Source of the DNA: Candidatus Nitrospira inopinata
GTDB taxonomy: Bacteria > Nitrospirota > Nitrospiria > Nitrospirales > Nitrospiraceae
Reading direction: 5' to 3'
Length of the DNA stretch: 32,000 bases
Assembly (NCBI RefSeq): GCF_001458695.1
Contig: NZ_LN885086.1
Coordinates: forward strand, 1,650,001-1,682,000
Shown here: positions 15,746 through 27,613 of the stretch, piece after piece
Position numbering within the stretch: the first letter of the stretch is position 1
How the letters are laid out: every line of letters begins with the position of its first letter
The notes under the pieces: model-generated
What the model was told of the DNA's origin: nothing
What the model saw: only the letters and a program-made list of their open reading frames with translations
Databases searched by the model: none
Translations under genes and position numbers: made by a program

Positions 15746-18700
15746 TTGGAAGGTGTATACACATTGTTTGAGAAGCAGCGGGATTCCGTGTCGTTTGATT
15801 CCATGCGCATCCGCATCGCTTCGCCTGAAAAGATTCGGTCTTGGTCGTATGGGGAGGTCAAGAAGCCGGAGACGATCAATTATCGGTCCTTCAAGCCTGA
15901 AAAAGACGGGCTGTTCTGCGCCAAGATCTTCGGTCCCATCAAAGATTGGGAATGCAATTGCGGCAAGTACAAACGCATGAAGCATCGGGGCATCGTCTGC
16001 GATAAGTGCGGCGTCGAGGTGATCCAATCGAAAGTGCGCCGAGAGCGGATGGGGCATATCGAACTGGCCGCTCCGGTCGCGCACATTTGGTTTTTGAAGG
16101 GAGTGCCCAGCCGCATCGGCACGTTGCTGGACATGAGTTTGAAGCAATTGGAAAAAATTCTCTACTTCGAGAGCTACGTGTGCCTGGACCCGGGGCCGAC
16201 GGATCTCTCCGAGAAAGAATTGATTACAGAGGATAAGTTGCGCGCGTTGGCGTCGGAATTCGGCTCCAGCGCTTTCAAGGTGGGAATCGGCGCGGAGGCG
16301 ATCCGCGAGCTGCTGCGCAAGATCGACATCAACGCCTTGTGGGATGAGTTGCAGGTCAAGGCAAAAGAATCGACATCGTCGGCGATGAAGAAAAAATACG
16401 CCAAGCGACTGAAGGTTCTCGAAGCGTTCCGGAAGTCCGGCAACAAACCGGAATGGATGATCATGGACGTCATTCCGGTGCTGCCGCCAGAATTGCGCCC
16501 GCTTGTCCCCCTGGACGGCGGTCGGTTCGCGACGTCGGACTTGAACGACTTGTATCGTCGCGTCATCAACCGAAACAACCGGCTCAAGCGGCTGATGGAA
16601 CTCAAAGCTCCCGGCGTCATCATTCGCAATGAGATGCGGATGTTGCAGGAAGCGGTCGATGCGTTGTTCGACAACGGGCGGCGGGGGCGAGCGATTCGGG
16701 GACCGAACAAGCGCCCGCTGAAGTCGTTGAGCGACATGCTCAAGGGGAAGCAGGGACGGTTCCGCCAGAATCTCCTTGGGAAGCGCGTCGATTACTCGGG
16801 ACGCACCGTGATCGTGGTGGGGCCGGAATTGCGTCTCCATCAGTGCGGGTTGCCCAAAAAGATGGCACTCGAATTGTTCAAGCCGTTCATCTTCCACAAG
16901 CTGGAGGCCCGAGGAGCGGCGACCACGATCAAGAGCGCCAAACGGCTGGTCGAGAAGGAGCGGCCGGAGGTGTGGGACGTGCTCGACGAGGTCATCCGGG
17001 AGCATCCGGTCCTCCTAAACCGAGCGCCGACGCTCCATCGGCTGGGCATTCAGGCCTTTGACCCCGTGTTGGTCGAAGGCAAGGCCATCCGACTGCACCC
17101 GTTGGTCTGCTCCGCCTTCAACGCCGACTTCGACGGAGACCAAATGGCGGTGCACGTGCCGTTGTCCGTCGAGGCGCAGGTCGAGGCCCGCGTCCTGATG
17201 ATGTCTATCAATAACATTCTCTCTCCGGCCAACGGCAAGCCGATTGCCGTGCCGTCGCAAGACATGGTGCTCGGGTGCTACTGGCTGACCAAAGAGAGGG
17301 TGGGAGCCAAAGGCGAGGGAAAAGTGTTCGGGTCCGTCGAAGAGGTGCGGATCGCCTATGACGCCCGCGAGGTGGAAGAGCACGCCCGCATCAAGGTGCG
17401 GATCGGGAATGGGTTGATGCAAACCACGGTGGGGAGGGTTCTGTTGTCGGAAATTCTTCCGGCCGGTCTGCCGTTCGCGCTGGCGAACAAGCTCATGACC
17501 AAGAAGGAGATGACCAAGCTGATCGACTCCGTCTATCGCCAAACCGGTCATCGCGACACCGTCGAATTTCTCGATAAGATCAAGGACATCGGCTTTACCT
17601 ATGCGACGAAGGCGGGGGTCTCGATCTGCATCGACAACATGCACATTCCGACCAAAAAAGAGGACTTCGTCGAGAAGGCTCAGCGCGAAGTGAACGAGAT
17701 CGAAAAACAATACGCCGAAGGTCTGATCACCAACGGCGAGCGATACAACAAGGTCATCGACATTTGGGCGCACGTGACCGAGCAGGTGGCCAACGAGATG
17801 ATGCGGGAGTTGGGGGCGGGAGGAGATCCGGCGAAAGCCGAATCCTTCAATCCCATTTTCATGATGGCGGATTCCGGCGCGCGAGGCAGTTCGCAGCAAA
17901 TCAGGCAATTGGGCGGCATGCGCGGATTGATGGCCAAACCGTCGGGCGAAATCATCGAAACGCCGATCACCGCGAACTTTCGCGAGGGGCTGACCGTTTT
18001 GCAATATTTCATTTCCACGCACGGCGCGAGAAAAGGTTTGGCCGACACCGCCCTGAAAACGGCGAATTCGGGCTATCTGACTAGACGGTTGGTCGACATC
18101 GCGCAGGACGTCATCATCAGCGAGCTCGACTGTGGAACGCACGACGGTATCATCGTCAGCGCCTTGGTCGAGGGCGGCGAAATCATTCAGCCGTTGGAAG
18201 AGCGCATCCTGGGACGATTGGCCGCGGAAGACATTCGAGATCCCGTGACGGGCGAGATCATCGTCTCGCGGAACGAGGAGATTCACGAAGAGCTGACCAA
18301 GTCGATCGTGGAGGCGGGGGTTGACAAGGTCAAAATTCGATCCGTGCTCACCTGCCAGTCGATTCGCGGCGTGTGTCGCGCGTGTTACGGCCGGGATCTG
18401 GCTCGCGGCCGGTTGGTCGAAAAAGGAGAGCCGGTGGGGGTGATCGCCGCCCAATCGATCGGCGAGCCGGGAACGCAGCTCACTATGCGAACGTTTCACA
18501 TCGGTGGAACCGCGAGCAAAGTCGTGGAGCAAACCGTGCTCGAAGCCAAGCACGCCGGGCGGATCAAGTTCATGAGCTTCGACGCCAAAAAGAACGCCGA
18601 TGTTCACAATCCCGGCATCGCCGTGCGGAACAAGGAGGGCGAATGGGTCGTCATGAATCGCAATACCAAAATCGCGATCGTCGACGACAGCGGGCGCGAA

Positions 18701-19933
18701 CGCGAAAAATATCCGGTCGTCTATGGCGCGAAAATCAAAATCAAAGACGGCGATCCCGTCACGGCCGGTCAAAAGCTTGTCGAATGGGACCCGTATTCGC
18801 TGACCATCTTGACGGAAGTGGGAGGCAAGGTGGCGTTCGGCGACATCATCGAAGGCGTGACGATGAAAGAGGAGTTCGATGAAGTGACCGGGCTGTCGAG
18901 GAAGGTCATCATCGAACATACCGGCGCCACTCTTCGTCCCCGCATCTCGATCAAAGATGAAACGGGGAAGACGGCCAAGGTTCCAAGCGGGTCCAGCACG
19001 GTCGCTCGCTATTTGCTGCCGGTGGGAGCGCATATTTTCGTCGAGAAGGGCGCCATGGTTCATCCGGGCGACGTGCTGGCCAAAATTCCGCGCGAAACGA
19101 CGAAGACGAAAGACATTACGGGAGGTCTCCCGCGCGTGGTCGAATTGTTCGAGGCTCGGAAGCCGAAGGAACAGGCCGTCATTACCGAAATCGACGGCGA
19201 AGTTTCATATGGAGGATTCGTCAAAGGACAACGAAAGGTCATCGTGGACAACAAAATGGGGGACGTGAAGGAGTACTTCATTCCGAAGGGCAAGCACGTC
19301 AACGTCCACGAGGGCGATTGGGTTCGGGCCGGTGAGCCGTTGATGGACGGATCGGCGAACCCGCACGACATTCTCGACGTCTTGGGGCCGAACGAACTGC
19401 AAAAATATTTGGTGGACGAAGTGCAGGACGTGTATCGCTTGCAGGGCGTTTCGATCAACGACAAGCACATCGAAATCATCGTGCGGCAGATGTTGAGAAA
19501 AGTCCGCATTGAGGATCCCGGTGACACGCAGTTCCTGCCGGGCAGTCAGGTCAGCAAACACGTGTTCGAGGCTGAAAATCAACGCGTGCTCGCTTCCGGC
19601 GGACAGCCGGCCATTGGCAAGCCGGTGCTTCTCGGCATTACAAAAGCCGCCTTGACAACGGACAGCTTCATTTCCGCGGCGTCGTTCCAGGAGACCACGC
19701 GGGTTTTGACGGAGGCCGCTATCAATGGGCGAGAAGATAAGTTGCTGGGGCTCAAGGAAAACGTCATTGTCGGTCGATTGATTCCCGCCGGTTCGGGTTT
19801 TGATGAATATCGGGATACCTTCGTGCTGAGCGAAAAATCGGAAACCGTCACGGTGGGTGCGAGTCAGCCATCGGCAACCGCTTCGGCCGGGACCGCCGTT
19901 CCATCGCTCCATTCCGGGGAGAGTTCGGCCTAA
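15746..19933 (+). CDS. rpoC: DNA-directed RNA polymerase subunit beta' (about 1395 aa)
   Basis: Zn-finger [23 protein letters not shown], catalytic [12 protein letters not shown], and more. The proposed start is TTG 15746, 8 nt after SD AAGGAGG (15731-15737), in frame with the track start GTG 15707, which has no SD. Confidence 0.95.
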   Translation: MEGVYTLFEKQRDSVSFDSMRIRIASPEKIRSWSYGEVKKPETINYRSFKPEKDGLFCAKIFGPIKDWECNCGKYKRMKHRGIVCDKCGVEVIQSKVRRERMGHIELAAPVAHIWFLKGVPSRIGTLLDMSLKQLEKILYFESYVCLDPGPTDLSEKELITEDKLRALASEFGSSAFKVGIGAEAIRELLRKIDINALWDELQVKAKESTSSAMKKKYAKRLKVLEAFRKSGNKPEWMIMDVIPVLPPELRPLVPLDGGRFATSDLNDLYRRVINRNNRLKRLMELKAPGVIIRNEMRMLQEAVDALFDNGRRGRAIRGPNKRPLKSLSDMLKGKQGRFRQNLLGKRVDYSGRTVIVVGPELRLHQCGLPKKMALELFKPFIFHKLEARGAATTIKSAKRLVEKERPEVWDVLDEVIREHPVLLNRAPTLHRLGIQAFDPVLVEGKAIRLHPLVCSAFNADFDGDQMAVHVPLSVEAQVEARVLMMSINNILSPANGKPIAVPSQDMVLGCYWLTKERVGAKGEGKVFGSVEEVRIAYDAREVEEHARIKVRIGNGLMQTTVGRVLLSEILPAGLPFALANKLMTKKEMTKLIDSVYRQTGHRDTVEFLDKIKDIGFTYATKAGVSICIDNMHIPTKKEDFVEKAQREVNEIEKQYAEGLITNGERYNKVIDIWAHVTEQVANEMMRELGAGGDPAKAESFNPIFMMADSGARGSSQQIRQLGGMRGLMAKPSGEIIETPITANFREGLTVLQYFISTHGARKGLADTALKTANSGYLTRRLVDIAQDVIISELDCGTHDGIIVSALVEGGEIIQPLEERILGRLAAEDIRDPVTGEIIVSRNEEIHEELTKSIVEAGVDKVKIRSVLTCQSIRGVCRACYGRDLARGRLVEKGEPVGVIAAQSIGEPGTQLTMRTFHIGGTASKVVEQTVLEAKHAGRIKFMSFDAKKNADVHNPGIAVRNKEGEWVVMNRNTKIAIVDDSGREREKYPVVYGAKIKIKDGDPVTAGQKLVEWDPYSLTILTEVGGKVAFGDIIEGVTMKEEFDEVTGLSRKVIIEHTGATLRPRISIKDETGKTAKVPSGSSTVARYLLPVGAHIFVEKGAMVHPGDVLAKIPRETTKTKDITGGLPRVVELFEARKPKEQAVITEIDGEVSYGGFVKGQRKVIVDNKMGDVKEYFIPKGKHVNVHEGDWVRAGEPLMDGSANPHDILDVLGPNELQKYLVDEVQDVYRLQGVSINDKHIEIIVRQMLRKVRIEDPGDTQFLPGSQVSKHVFEAENQRVLASGGQPAIGKPVLLGITKAALTTDSFISAASFQETTRVLTEAAINGREDKLLGLKENVIVGRLIPAGSGFDEYRDTFVLSEKSETVTVGASQPSATASAGTAVPSLHSGESSA

Positions 19934-19956
19934 AATTCGGAGGAAGATTTACGCAC

Positions 19957-19985
19957 TTGACAGCATACGACAACGTCAATATAAT
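19957..19985 (+). promoter_or_regulatory. perfect-consensus sigma70 promoter upstream of rpsL (TTGACA-17 nt-TATAAT)
   Basis: TTGACA at 19957-19962, a 17-nt spacer, and TATAAT at 19980-19985, which is 62 nt upstream of the rpsL ATG. Confidence 0.65.
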
Positions 19986-20046
19986 CCCGCGTCTTTGTTC
20001 CTGACGAAGTCGAAGACGCTCATTTTTGCGGAGAGGGTGAAGCAGG

Positions 20047-20418
20047 ATGCCGACGATCAATCAACTGGTGCGCAAGGGACGAACGCTTGTCAAGGCGAAA
20101 ACGAAGAGCCCGGCCTTGAAATCGTGCCCGCAGAAGCGGGGAGTCTGTCTTCGCGTCTATACGACGACGCCGAAAAAGCCGAATTCCGCTCTGCGCAAAG
20201 TCGCGCGCGTTCGTCTGACCAATGGCATGGAGGTCACGACCTACATCCCGGGAGTCGGTCACAACTTGCAGGAACACTCGATCGTCCTGGTGCGAGGCGG
20301 GCGCGTCAAGGACCTGCCGGGAGTTCGATACCATTTAGTGCGCGGAACTTTGGATACGGTGGGGGTCGCGGATCGAAAGCAAAGTCGATCGAAGTATGGG
20401 GCCAAGCGTCCAAAGTAG
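20047..20418 (+). CDS. rpsL: 30S ribosomal protein S12
   Basis: [12 protein letters not shown]...[17 protein letters not shown]...[14 protein letters not shown]. 123 aa. Confidence 0.98.
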   Translation: MPTINQLVRKGRTLVKAKTKSPALKSCPQKRGVCLRVYTTTPKKPNSALRKVARVRLTNGMEVTTYIPGVGHNLQEHSIVLVRGGRVKDLPGVRYHLVRGTLDTVGVADRKQSRSKYGAKRPK

Positions 20419-20510
20419 CCGGTCGCGGTCGTCATATAAGTTAAGTCATGTAAGAAAAAGGTTTCGTCCTGAGGCGCGTGGGTGACGGAGAGGGTGGATA
20501 AGGGATAAAG

Positions 20511-20981
20511 ATGCCTCGAAGTAAATTCTTTGGCCAGCGTGAAGTATTGCCCGATGTGCGATATCGAGACAAGCTCGTCGGAAAGTTTATCAATGCTCTC
20601 ATGACTCGCGGGAAAAAAAGCGTTACCGAGCGAATTTGCTACGGCGCGTTTGATGTGATTCAGGAAAAAACGGGAAATGACCCGCTGAAGGTGTTTAAAG
20701 CGGCCGTGGACAACGTGAAGCCCATTGTGGAGGTCAAGTCGCGGCGGGTGGGCGGAGCGTCGTATCAAGTTCCGGTCGAAATTCGGCCGTCGCGCCGAGT
20801 GTCGCTGGCGCTTCGTTGGCTCTCGCAATGCGCCAGAACTCGAAGCGGGAAGAGCATGCGGGAGAAGCTGGCGGCCGAGTTGCTTGACGCGGCAAACAAT
20901 ACGGGAGCCTCGGTCAAGAAGCGGGAGGATGTGCATCGAATGGCGGAGGCGAATAAGGCGTTCGCTCATTATCGCTGGTAA
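20511..20981 (+). CDS. rpsG: 30S ribosomal protein S7
   Basis: 156 aa. [25 protein letters not shown]...[21 protein letters not shown]...AFAHYRW. Confidence 0.98.
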   Translation: MPRSKFFGQREVLPDVRYRDKLVGKFINALMTRGKKSVTERICYGAFDVIQEKTGNDPLKVFKAAVDNVKPIVEVKSRRVGGASYQVPVEIRPSRRVSLALRWLSQCARTRSGKSMREKLAAELLDAANNTGASVKKREDVHRMAEANKAFAHYRW

Positions 20982-20987
20982 CGTCGG

Positions 20988-21076
20988 TCTGTGCTGCAGT
21001 TAAGCCGTGCTGCGATTCACAGACGCGTCGGGACATGATCGCAGCGGTGTCTTGCCGGCTTGGCTTGCAGCACAGA
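20988..21076 (+). other. nested inverted repeats forming a predicted ~90-nt RNA structure in the rpsG-fusA spacer
   Basis: The outer 11-bp perfect stem is TCTGTGCTGCA (20988-20998) with TGCAGCACAGA (21066-21076). The inner 8-bp perfect stem is GCTGCGAT (21009-21016) with ATCGCAGC (21038-21045). The loop contains the palindrome GACGCGTC. Confidence 0.45.
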
Positions 21077-21094
21077 TGTTTTGTGAGGATTTCA

Positions 21095-23176
21095 GTGGCT
21101 CGTCAAACACCTTTAGAACATACGAGAAACATCGGCATCATGGCGCATATCGATGCCGGTAAAACGACGACGACGGAACGAATCCTGTTCTATACGGGGC
21201 TGACCCACAAGTTGGGCGAAGTCCACGAGGGCGCGGCGACGATGGATTGGATGGAGCAGGAGCGCGAGCGCGGCATTACGATTACTGCGGCCGCCACGAC
21301 CTGCTATTGGAAAAATCGGCGTATCAACATTATCGATACTCCCGGCCACGTTGATTTCACCATCGAGGTCGAACGTTCGTTGCGAGTGCTTGACGGCGCG
21401 GTGGCGGTGTTCGATTCGGTTCAGGGTGTCGAGCCTCAATCGGAAACCGTTTGGCGGCAGGCCGACAAGTATCGGGTGCCGCGAATCGCTTTTATGAACA
21501 AGATGGACCGAATCGGGGCCGATTTTTATTTCTGCGTTCAGTCCATGATCGATCGTTTGGGGGCCAACCCTGTTCCGATCCAGATCCCCGTCGGACGCGA
21601 GGCCGAGTTTCGCGGCTCCATCGACCTCGTTTCGATGAAGGCGTATCTCTATGATGACGAAACGCTCGGCGCCAAGTACGTCGTTCAAGAAATCCCGTCA
21701 GATTTGTTGGAGAAGGCGCGCGAATATCGAGAGAAAATGATCGAATCGGTCGCAGAATTCGACGATCAGGTCATGGAAAAGTATTTGAACGGCCAGGCTC
21801 TCACGGAAGATGACATTCGGCGTGTGATTCGAGCCGGTACGATTGCGATGAAGATCACGCCGGTGCTGTGCGGATCGGCCTTCAAGAATAAGGGGGTTCA
21901 GCAGCTTCTGGACGGTGTGGTGGAGTTTTTGCCGTCGCCTCTGGATATTGCCGCCGTCGTGGGAATCGATCCGGCCACTGGAAAGCAGGTGGAGCGCAAA
22001 GCGTCCGATAGCGAGCCGTTCTCGGCGCTGGCTTTTAAGATCATGTCCGATCCCTTTGCCGGTCAATTGACGTATTTCCGGGTCTATTCGGGAACTCTCA
22101 AGACGGGAACGCCGGTCCTCAACGTGACAAAGGGAACAAAAGAGCGTATCGGTCGGCTCTTGAAAATGCACGCCAACAAGCGTGAAGAGATCGAGGCTGC
22201 TTATGCCGGCGACATTGTCGCCGCAGTCGGTCTCAAGGGAGCCACGACCGGTGATACCTTGGCGGATGAAAAGCATCCCGTTCTGTTGGAGGTCATGAAG
22301 TTTCCCGAGCCCGTCATCTCAATGGCCATTGAGCCGAAGACCAAGCAGGATCAGGAAAAGATGGGCTTTGCTCTGCAAAAGCTCGCGCAAGAGGATCCGT
22401 CGTTCCGTGTTCGCACCGACGAGGAAACGGCGCAAACCATCATTTCCGGTATGGGCGAGCTGCATCTTGAAATCATCGTCGATCGACTGCTCCGGGAATT
22501 CAAGGTGGAGGCGAACGTCGGTCAGCCGGAGGTGGCGTACAGGGAGACGATTCGACGCAGGGCCGAAGCCGAAGCCAAGTACATCAAGCAGACGGGAGGC
22601 CGAGGCCAGTACGGCCACGTCGTGTTGACGGTCGAACCGTCCGAGCCGGGGAAGGGGTTTGAGTTCGTCAACAAGATCGTCGGCGGAGTCATCCCGAGGG
22701 AGTACATCCCCGCCGTCGAAAAAGGTGTCAAGGAGCGAATGGAAAGCGGCGTTATCGCCGGATACCCCTTGCGGGATATTCGCGTGACGCTCACGGACGG
22801 CTCTTATCACGAAGTCGACTCAAATGAAATGGCGTTCAAAATTGCGGCGTCAATGGGGTTTGCCGATGCCTGTAAAAAGGCGGACCCCGTGTTGCTGGAA
22901 CCGATCATGAAGGTCGAAGTGTTGGTACCCCAGGAATTTATGGGCGACGTGATCGGAAACCTGAACGGGCGTCGAGGCAAAGTTCAAGGAATGAAAGTGC
23001 GGGCTGGCGCGCAAGCGATCGAAGCGTCAGTTCCCCTTAAGGAAATGTTCGGGTACGCGACGGACTTGCGATCCAGAACGCAGGGGCGCGCCACCTACAG
23101 TATGGAATTCGACCGATACGAGCAGGTTCCCAAGCAAATCGCGGAGACGATTATCGCCAAGTATCGTGGTGAATAG
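21095..23176 (+). CDS. fusA: translation elongation factor G (693 aa from GTG 21095)
   Basis: [34 protein letters not shown], canonical RGITI, and [11 protein letters not shown] 21095 has SD GAGGA (21085-21089). The track start 21035 adds a 20-aa non-conserved extension. Confidence 0.95.
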   Translation: MARQTPLEHTRNIGIMAHIDAGKTTTTERILFYTGLTHKLGEVHEGAATMDWMEQERERGITITAAATTCYWKNRRINIIDTPGHVDFTIEVERSLRVLDGAVAVFDSVQGVEPQSETVWRQADKYRVPRIAFMNKMDRIGADFYFCVQSMIDRLGANPVPIQIPVGREAEFRGSIDLVSMKAYLYDDETLGAKYVVQEIPSDLLEKAREYREKMIESVAEFDDQVMEKYLNGQALTEDDIRRVIRAGTIAMKITPVLCGSAFKNKGVQQLLDGVVEFLPSPLDIAAVVGIDPATGKQVERKASDSEPFSALAFKIMSDPFAGQLTYFRVYSGTLKTGTPVLNVTKGTKERIGRLLKMHANKREEIEAAYAGDIVAAVGLKGATTGDTLADEKHPVLLEVMKFPEPVISMAIEPKTKQDQEKMGFALQKLAQEDPSFRVRTDEETAQTIISGMGELHLEIIVDRLLREFKVEANVGQPEVAYRETIRRRAEAEAKYIKQTGGRGQYGHVVLTVEPSEPGKGFEFVNKIVGGVIPREYIPAVEKGVKERMESGVIAGYPLRDIRVTLTDGSYHEVDSNEMAFKIAASMGFADACKKADPVLLEPIMKVEVLVPQEFMGDVIGNLNGRRGKVQGMKVRAGAQAIEASVPLKEMFGYATDLRSRTQGRATYSMEFDRYEQVPKQIAETIIAKYRGE

Positions 23177-23259
23177 GGCGCGGAGCTCGTGGGCGGTCGC
23201 GTGTCCCCGAGTCGAGCGTTTGTTGAAAAACGACATTTGATCAAAGGATTTCCTGGACG

Positions 23260-24472
23260 AGGAGCGAGGTATGGCGAAGGCGAAATTTGAGCGGAAGAAG
23301 CCGCATGTGAACATTGGGACGATTGGGCATGTGGACCATGGGAAGACGACGTTGACGGCGGCGTTGACGAAGGTGTGTGCGGACCGGGGGATGGCGAAGT
23401 TTGTGAGCTACGATGAAGTGGCGAAGGCGAGCGAGAGTCAGGGGCGGCGGGACGCGACCAAGATCATGACCATTGCCATTAGCCATGTCGAGTACGAGAC
23501 GGACCAGCGGCACTATGCGCATGTGGACTGTCCGGGGCACGCGGATTACGTCAAGAACATGATTACGGGGGCGGCGCAGATGGACGGGGCCATTTTAGTG
23601 GTCTCGGCGGCGGATGGGCCGATGCCGCAGACGCGGGAGCACATCTTGCTGGCGCGGCAGGTGGGCGTGCCGTACATCGTGGTGTTTTTGAACAAGGCGG
23701 ACAAGGTCGACGACAAGGAGTTGTTGGAGTTGGTGGAATTGGAAGTGCGCGAGCTGCTCACCAAGTACGGCTTTCCGGGGGACCAGACGCCGATCATTCA
23801 CGGCAGTGCGTTGAAGGCGATGGAAGGGGACCAGGGGCCGTTGGGGGTGCCGAGCATTTTGAAGCTTTTGGAGGCGGTGGACACGTACATTCCGACGCCG
23901 CAGCGGCCGATCGACAAGCCGTTTTTGATGCCGATTGAGGATGTCTTCACCATCAGCGGGCGGGGCACCGTGGTGACGGGGCGGTGTGAGCGGGGCATTG
24001 TGAAGGTGGGCGACGAAGTGGAGATCGTGGGGTTACGGCCCACGCAGACCACGGTGGTGACGGGTGTGGAGATGTTTCGCAAGGTATTGGACGAGGGGCA
24101 GGCGGGGGACAACATTGGGGTGTTGTTGCGGGGGACGAAGAAAGAGGACGTGGAGCGGGGGATGGTGCTGTCGAAGCCCAAGACCATTACGCCGCACACC
24201 AAGTTCAAGGCGGAAGTGTACGTGTTGACGAAAGAAGAGGGGGGGCGGCACACGCCGTTTTTCAATGGGTATCGGCCGCAGTTTTATTTTCGGACGACGG
24301 ACGTGACGGGGGTGGTGCAGCTCAATCCGGGGGTGGAGATGGTGATGCCGGGGGACAACGTGAGCATCACGGCGGAGTTGATCAGTCCCATCGCCATGGA
24401 CCAGGGGCTGCGCTTTGCCGTGCGCGAAGGCGGCAAAACCGTCGGCTCCGGCGTCGTCACGGAAATCCTGGC
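23260..24472 (+). repeat. copy 2 of the ~1.2-kb apparently identical tuf duplication (partner 6822..8034)
   Basis: See copy 1. The flanks on both sides are unrelated (upstream tRNA-Thr spacer versus fusA spacer; downstream rpmG versus rpsJ). Confidence 0.9.
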
Positions 24473-24476
24473 ATAG
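23271..24476 (+). CDS. tuf: translation elongation factor Tu (401 aa), copy in the rpsL-rpsG-fusA-tuf context (tufA-like position)
   Basis: The protein is identical to the 6833..8038 product. It ends gca tag instead of gcg tga. Confidence 0.98.
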   Translation: MAKAKFERKKPHVNIGTIGHVDHGKTTLTAALTKVCADRGMAKFVSYDEVAKASESQGRRDATKIMTIAISHVEYETDQRHYAHVDCPGHADYVKNMITGAAQMDGAILVVSAADGPMPQTREHILLARQVGVPYIVVFLNKADKVDDKELLELVELEVRELLTKYGFPGDQTPIIHGSALKAMEGDQGPLGVPSILKLLEAVDTYIPTPQRPIDKPFLMPIEDVFTISGRGTVVTGRCERGIVKVGDEVEIVGLRPTQTTVVTGVEMFRKVLDEGQAGDNIGVLLRGTKKEDVERGMVLSKPKTITPHTKFKAEVYVLTKEEGGRHTPFFNGYRPQFYFRTTDVTGVVQLNPGVEMVMPGDNVSITAELISPIAMDQGLRFAVREGGKTVGSGVVTEILA

Positions 24477-24512
24477 AGGGTATTTGGGCATCTGTGAGTA
24501 AAGGAGCGGGAC

Positions 24513-24824
24513 GTGAAGGTCGATCAGCGAATTCGAATCAGGCTGCGCGGGTTTGATTATCGTGTACTGGATCAATCCGTGATGGAGATTGTTGAAACGG
24601 TTCGTCGCAGCGGCGCTCGCGTCGTCGGACCGATTCCGCTTCCCACGAAGATCGAGAGAATCACGGTTCAACGATCGACGCATGCCGATAAAAAGTCCCG
24701 AGAACAGTTTGAGGTGCGGACGCATAAGCGACTGGTTGACATTATGGAGCCGACGCCCGAGACCATGGACTCGTTAATGAAGCTGAATTTGGCCGCCGGT
24801 GTGGACGTCGAGATCAAGCTGTAA
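24513..24824 (+). CDS. rpsJ: 30S ribosomal protein S10
   Basis: GTG start with SD AAGGAG (24501-24506). [18 protein letters not shown]...GPIPLPT. 103 aa. Confidence 0.97.
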   Translation: MKVDQRIRIRLRGFDYRVLDQSVMEIVETVRRSGARVVGPIPLPTKIERITVQRSTHADKKSREQFEVRTHKRLVDIMEPTPETMDSLMKLNLAAGVDVEIKL

Positions 24825-24860
24825 CTCTGGCTCTCAAATCTGGTTTAACGGCTGGTGGAC

Positions 24861-25481
24861 ATGACGAACGGATTGCTGGGCAAAAAATTGGGGATGACTC
24901 AGGTCTTCGACGAGAACCGCCTGACGCCGGTGACGGTCATTGAGGCGGGTCCCTGTCGGGTCGTGACGGTGAAAACCAAGGAGCGGGACGGATATGAAGC
25001 CGTTCAACTCTCCTTCGGCGAGGTCGGCGAACGGAAGCTTTCCAAGCCGGAACTCGGTCATTTGAAAAAAAATCAGGCTCCCGCGAGCCGTGTCCTTAGG
25101 GAATTCCGAAAGGAAGGCGATGTGACGGTCGGGCAGACGGTGACCGTCGATGTCTTTAAGAAAGGCGATTGGGTCGACGTGATCGGTGTTTCCAAGGGGA
25201 AGGGCTATCAAGGGGTGGTCAGGCGTCATCACTATGCCGGTGGACCTGAGTCGCACGGGTCAATGTTTCATCGTCATCCCGGCTCGATCGGATCGAGCTC
25301 GTTTCCTTCGCGCGTTTGGAAAGGAAAGACTCTGCCCGGCCACATGGGGTCCGAGCGGGTCACCGTGCAGCACTTGAAGGTCGTCGAATCGCGCCCCGGT
25401 GAGAATCTCCTTTTTGTGAGAGGAGCCGTTCCCGGTGCTTCGAACGGAATCGTTGTCGTGCGAAAATCGAAAAAGAGTTAG
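24861..25481 (+). CDS. rplC: 50S ribosomal protein L3
   Basis: MTNGLLGKKLGMTQVF is the typical L3 N-terminus. The track start GTG 24855 would add 2 residues, so the start is uncertain by 6 nt. Confidence 0.93.
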   Translation: MTNGLLGKKLGMTQVFDENRLTPVTVIEAGPCRVVTVKTKERDGYEAVQLSFGEVGERKLSKPELGHLKKNQAPASRVLREFRKEGDVTVGQTVTVDVFKKGDWVDVIGVSKGKGYQGVVRRHHYAGGPESHGSMFHRHPGSIGSSSFPSRVWKGKTLPGHMGSERVTVQHLKVVESRPGENLLFVRGAVPGASNGIVVVRKSKKS

Positions 25482-25484
25482 CGT

Positions 25485-26108
25485 ATGCCGACCGTCGACG
25501 TTGTTGATTTAGAGAATAAAAAAGTCGGAACCCTGGAGCTTCCGAGTCAAGTCTTCGGTTGCGAGCCTCGTGCTGAACTCGTGCATGAAGCCGTGGTGAT
25601 GCAGCGGGCGTGCGAGCGTCAAGGCACGGCTTCTACGCGGCGTCGGGGAGAGGTCAGTGGTTCAGGGAAGAAGCCGTGGAAACAGAAGCACACGGGGCGC
25701 GCCAGGGCCGGGTCGCTTCGATCTCCCGTTTGGCGTCACGGGGGAACGGTGTTCGGTCCGAAGCCGAGAAGTTACGCCTATTCGATGCCGAAGAAGAAAT
25801 ATCGGGCCGCCTTGCAAGGGGCCTTGTCGGCAAAAGTCTCACAAGGACGCTTGATCGTCCTGTCGGACTTGACTCAGGAGGCGCCGAAAACGAAATGGTT
25901 GGCGCGGTCGTTGGATCGATTGAGGAACGGCGAGCACGCGCTCGTCGTTGTCGGCTCTGGGGAATCCGGCATTCCGCTCGCGGCGAGAAACCTGCCTGAT
26001 GTCACCGTGCTGAGCCCTGATCGGCTGAACGTCTACGACGTCGTGCGCGCGGGGGTTGTTGTGCTTCTTCAAGGTGAGGTGGGACGCATACAAGAGGTGT
26101 GGTCGTGA
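25485..26108 (+). CDS. rplD: 50S ribosomal protein L4
   Basis: 207 aa. GTASTRRRGEVSGSGKKPWKQKHTGRARAGSLRSPVWRHGG is the L4 signature loop. Confidence 0.95.
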   Translation: MPTVDVVDLENKKVGTLELPSQVFGCEPRAELVHEAVVMQRACERQGTASTRRRGEVSGSGKKPWKQKHTGRARAGSLRSPVWRHGGTVFGPKPRSYAYSMPKKKYRAALQGALSAKVSQGRLIVLSDLTQEAPKTKWLARSLDRLRNGEHALVVVGSGESGIPLAARNLPDVTVLSPDRLNVYDVVRAGVVVLLQGEVGRIQEVWS

Positions 26109-26398
26109 AGGTCGGAATACACGAGGTTTTGGTTCAGCCGCTGTTGACGGAGAAAATCACGGCCCTTCGCGAGCAGACGAATACCGTCGGTTTTGTCGTT
26201 CACCCTGATGCCAATCGCGTTCAAATCAAGCAGGCCGTCGAGACGCTTCTGAAGGTGAAGGTTGAAAAGGTCAATGTGTTGACCGTTCAGGGAAAAATCA
26301 AACGCCTGGGACGGTTTTCAGGGAGAAGATCCGATTGGAAAAAGGCATTTGTGACCCTTAAGAAGGGCGAAAAACTCGAACTGTACGAAAGCGCCTGA
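26099..26398 (+). CDS. rplW: 50S ribosomal protein L23
   Basis: LVQPLLTEKITALREQTNTVGFVVHPDANRVQIKQAVE. The start is either GTG 26099 or GTG 26105; the latter forms a GTGA overlap with the rplD stop. Confidence 0.9.
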   Translation: MVVKVGIHEVLVQPLLTEKITALREQTNTVGFVVHPDANRVQIKQAVETLLKVKVEKVNVLTVQGKIKRLGRFSGRRSDWKKAFVTLKKGEKLELYESA

Positions 26399-26426
26399 CC
26401 GGTTTTAACGGCGCAGAGAGTCCAAG

Positions 26427-27269
26427 ATGGCATTGAAATTATATAGACCGACGTCTCCTGGGCGCAGAGGAATGTCTTCGGTTTCGACTGAAGAGCTGAC
26501 CAAGAAGAAACCGGAGAAGCTCCTGACGTTATTCCATCTCCGGAGCGGAGGGCGAAACAACGGCGGTCGAATGACCGTTCGATTCCGCGGCGGCGGGCAT
26601 AAGAGACTGTATCGGATCATCGACTTTCATCGTGATAAGACGGGGATTCCGGCACGAGTCGAAGCGATCGAATATGATCCGAACCGATCGGCTCGTATCG
26701 CTCTGCTCAAGTACAAAGATGGAGAAAAGCGATACATTCTTGCTCCCGTCGGGCTCAAGTTGAACGATGAAGTGCAGTCGGGACCGGAGGCTGAAATCCG
26801 TCCGGGAAACGCGCTTCCCTTGGCCAGCATGCCGCTGGGCACCACCGTTCATAACATCGAATTGAAGCCGGGCAAGGGGGGGCAATTGATCCGGAGCGCC
26901 GGTGGGTTTGCTCAGGTGATGGGGCGCGAAGGCGATTACGTCCAAGTTCGGCTGAAATCTGGAGAGATGAGACGGATTCTGGGGCGGTGCATGGCGACGG
27001 TCGGACAGGTTGGGAACGTCGATCACGAAAATATCTCCATTGGGAAGGCCGGGCGGAGCCGATGGAAGGGAAAGAGGCCGCACGTTCGAGGCGTGGTCAT
27101 GAATCCGGTCGATCATCCTCACGGCGGAGGAGAAGGGAAGTCCGGCCAAGGCAATCCGCATCCGGTGTCTCCATGGGGAATGCCCACGAAAGGGTACAAG
27201 ACCCGCCAGAACAAGAGGACCGATAAGTTCATTATTTCGAGGAGAAAGTCAGGAGTCCGCAATGCCTAG
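26427..27269 (+). CDS. rplB: 50S ribosomal protein L2
   Basis: 280 aa. [26 protein letters not shown]...[13 protein letters not shown]. Confidence 0.97.
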   Translation: MALKLYRPTSPGRRGMSSVSTEELTKKKPEKLLTLFHLRSGGRNNGGRMTVRFRGGGHKRLYRIIDFHRDKTGIPARVEAIEYDPNRSARIALLKYKDGEKRYILAPVGLKLNDEVQSGPEAEIRPGNALPLASMPLGTTVHNIELKPGKGGQLIRSAGGFAQVMGREGDYVQVRLKSGEMRRILGRCMATVGQVGNVDHENISIGKAGRSRWKGKRPHVRGVVMNPVDHPHGGGEGKSGQGNPHPVSPWGMPTKGYKTRQNKRTDKFIISRRKSGVRNA

Positions 27270-27549
27270 ATCGATCAGCAAAGGGGCGTTTGTCGACAGC
27301 CACCTGCTTAAGAAGGTCGAGCAGATGAACCAGACCAAGGATCGGAAGCTGATTAAGACGTGGTCTCGGCGGTCGACGGTCATTCCCGACATGATCGGCC
27401 ATACGTTTGCGGTTCATAACGGCAAGAAATTCATTCCCGTTTTTGTAACCGAAAATATGGTGGGTCACAAGCTGGGCGAATTTGCCCCGACACGGTTTTT
27501 TAAAGGGCATGGACAGGCAAAAACCGAGAAGGCCGTACCGCTGAAATAG
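27262..27549 (+). CDS. rpsS: 30S ribosomal protein S19
   Basis: [12 protein letters not shown]...[25 protein letters not shown]. Overlaps rplB by 8 nt. Confidence 0.97.
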   Translation: MPRSISKGAFVDSHLLKKVEQMNQTKDRKLIKTWSRRSTVIPDMIGHTFAVHNGKKFIPVFVTENMVGHKLGEFAPTRFFKGHGQAKTEKAVPLK

Positions 27550-27613
27550 CAGGAATGGCTTGTCAAGCCCGGCGTCTCCGCCAGGGCAAGGAGTCCGGGA
27601 TTAGGTTGGAACG

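Noticed and set aside
13002-19063. Very long antisense ORFs inside rpoB/rpoC (13002..15728, 908 aa; 15698..17005, 435 aa; 17015..19063, 682 aa)
   Set aside because: They have the same compositional signature (R/P/G/H/D-rich and repetitive). They lie entirely within highly conserved RNAP genes and have no SD or independent evidence. I treat them as shadow ORFs.
13280-20320. Checked for antibiotic-resistance alleles in the rpoB rifampicin-resistance region and in rpsL
   Set aside because: The rpoB region reads [29 protein letters not shown], the wild-type D/H/S pattern. rpsL has TPKKPNSA and RVKDLPG, so the canonical lysines are present. Nothing unusual.
6822-24472. The tuf direct repeat as a sign of a mobile element, a segmental duplication island or an assembly artefact
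   Set aside because: Only the CDS is duplicated. Each copy sits in its canonical conserved context (tRNA-tuf-rpmG-secE-nusG and fusA-tuf-rpsJ). No transposase, integrase or terminal inverted repeats are present.
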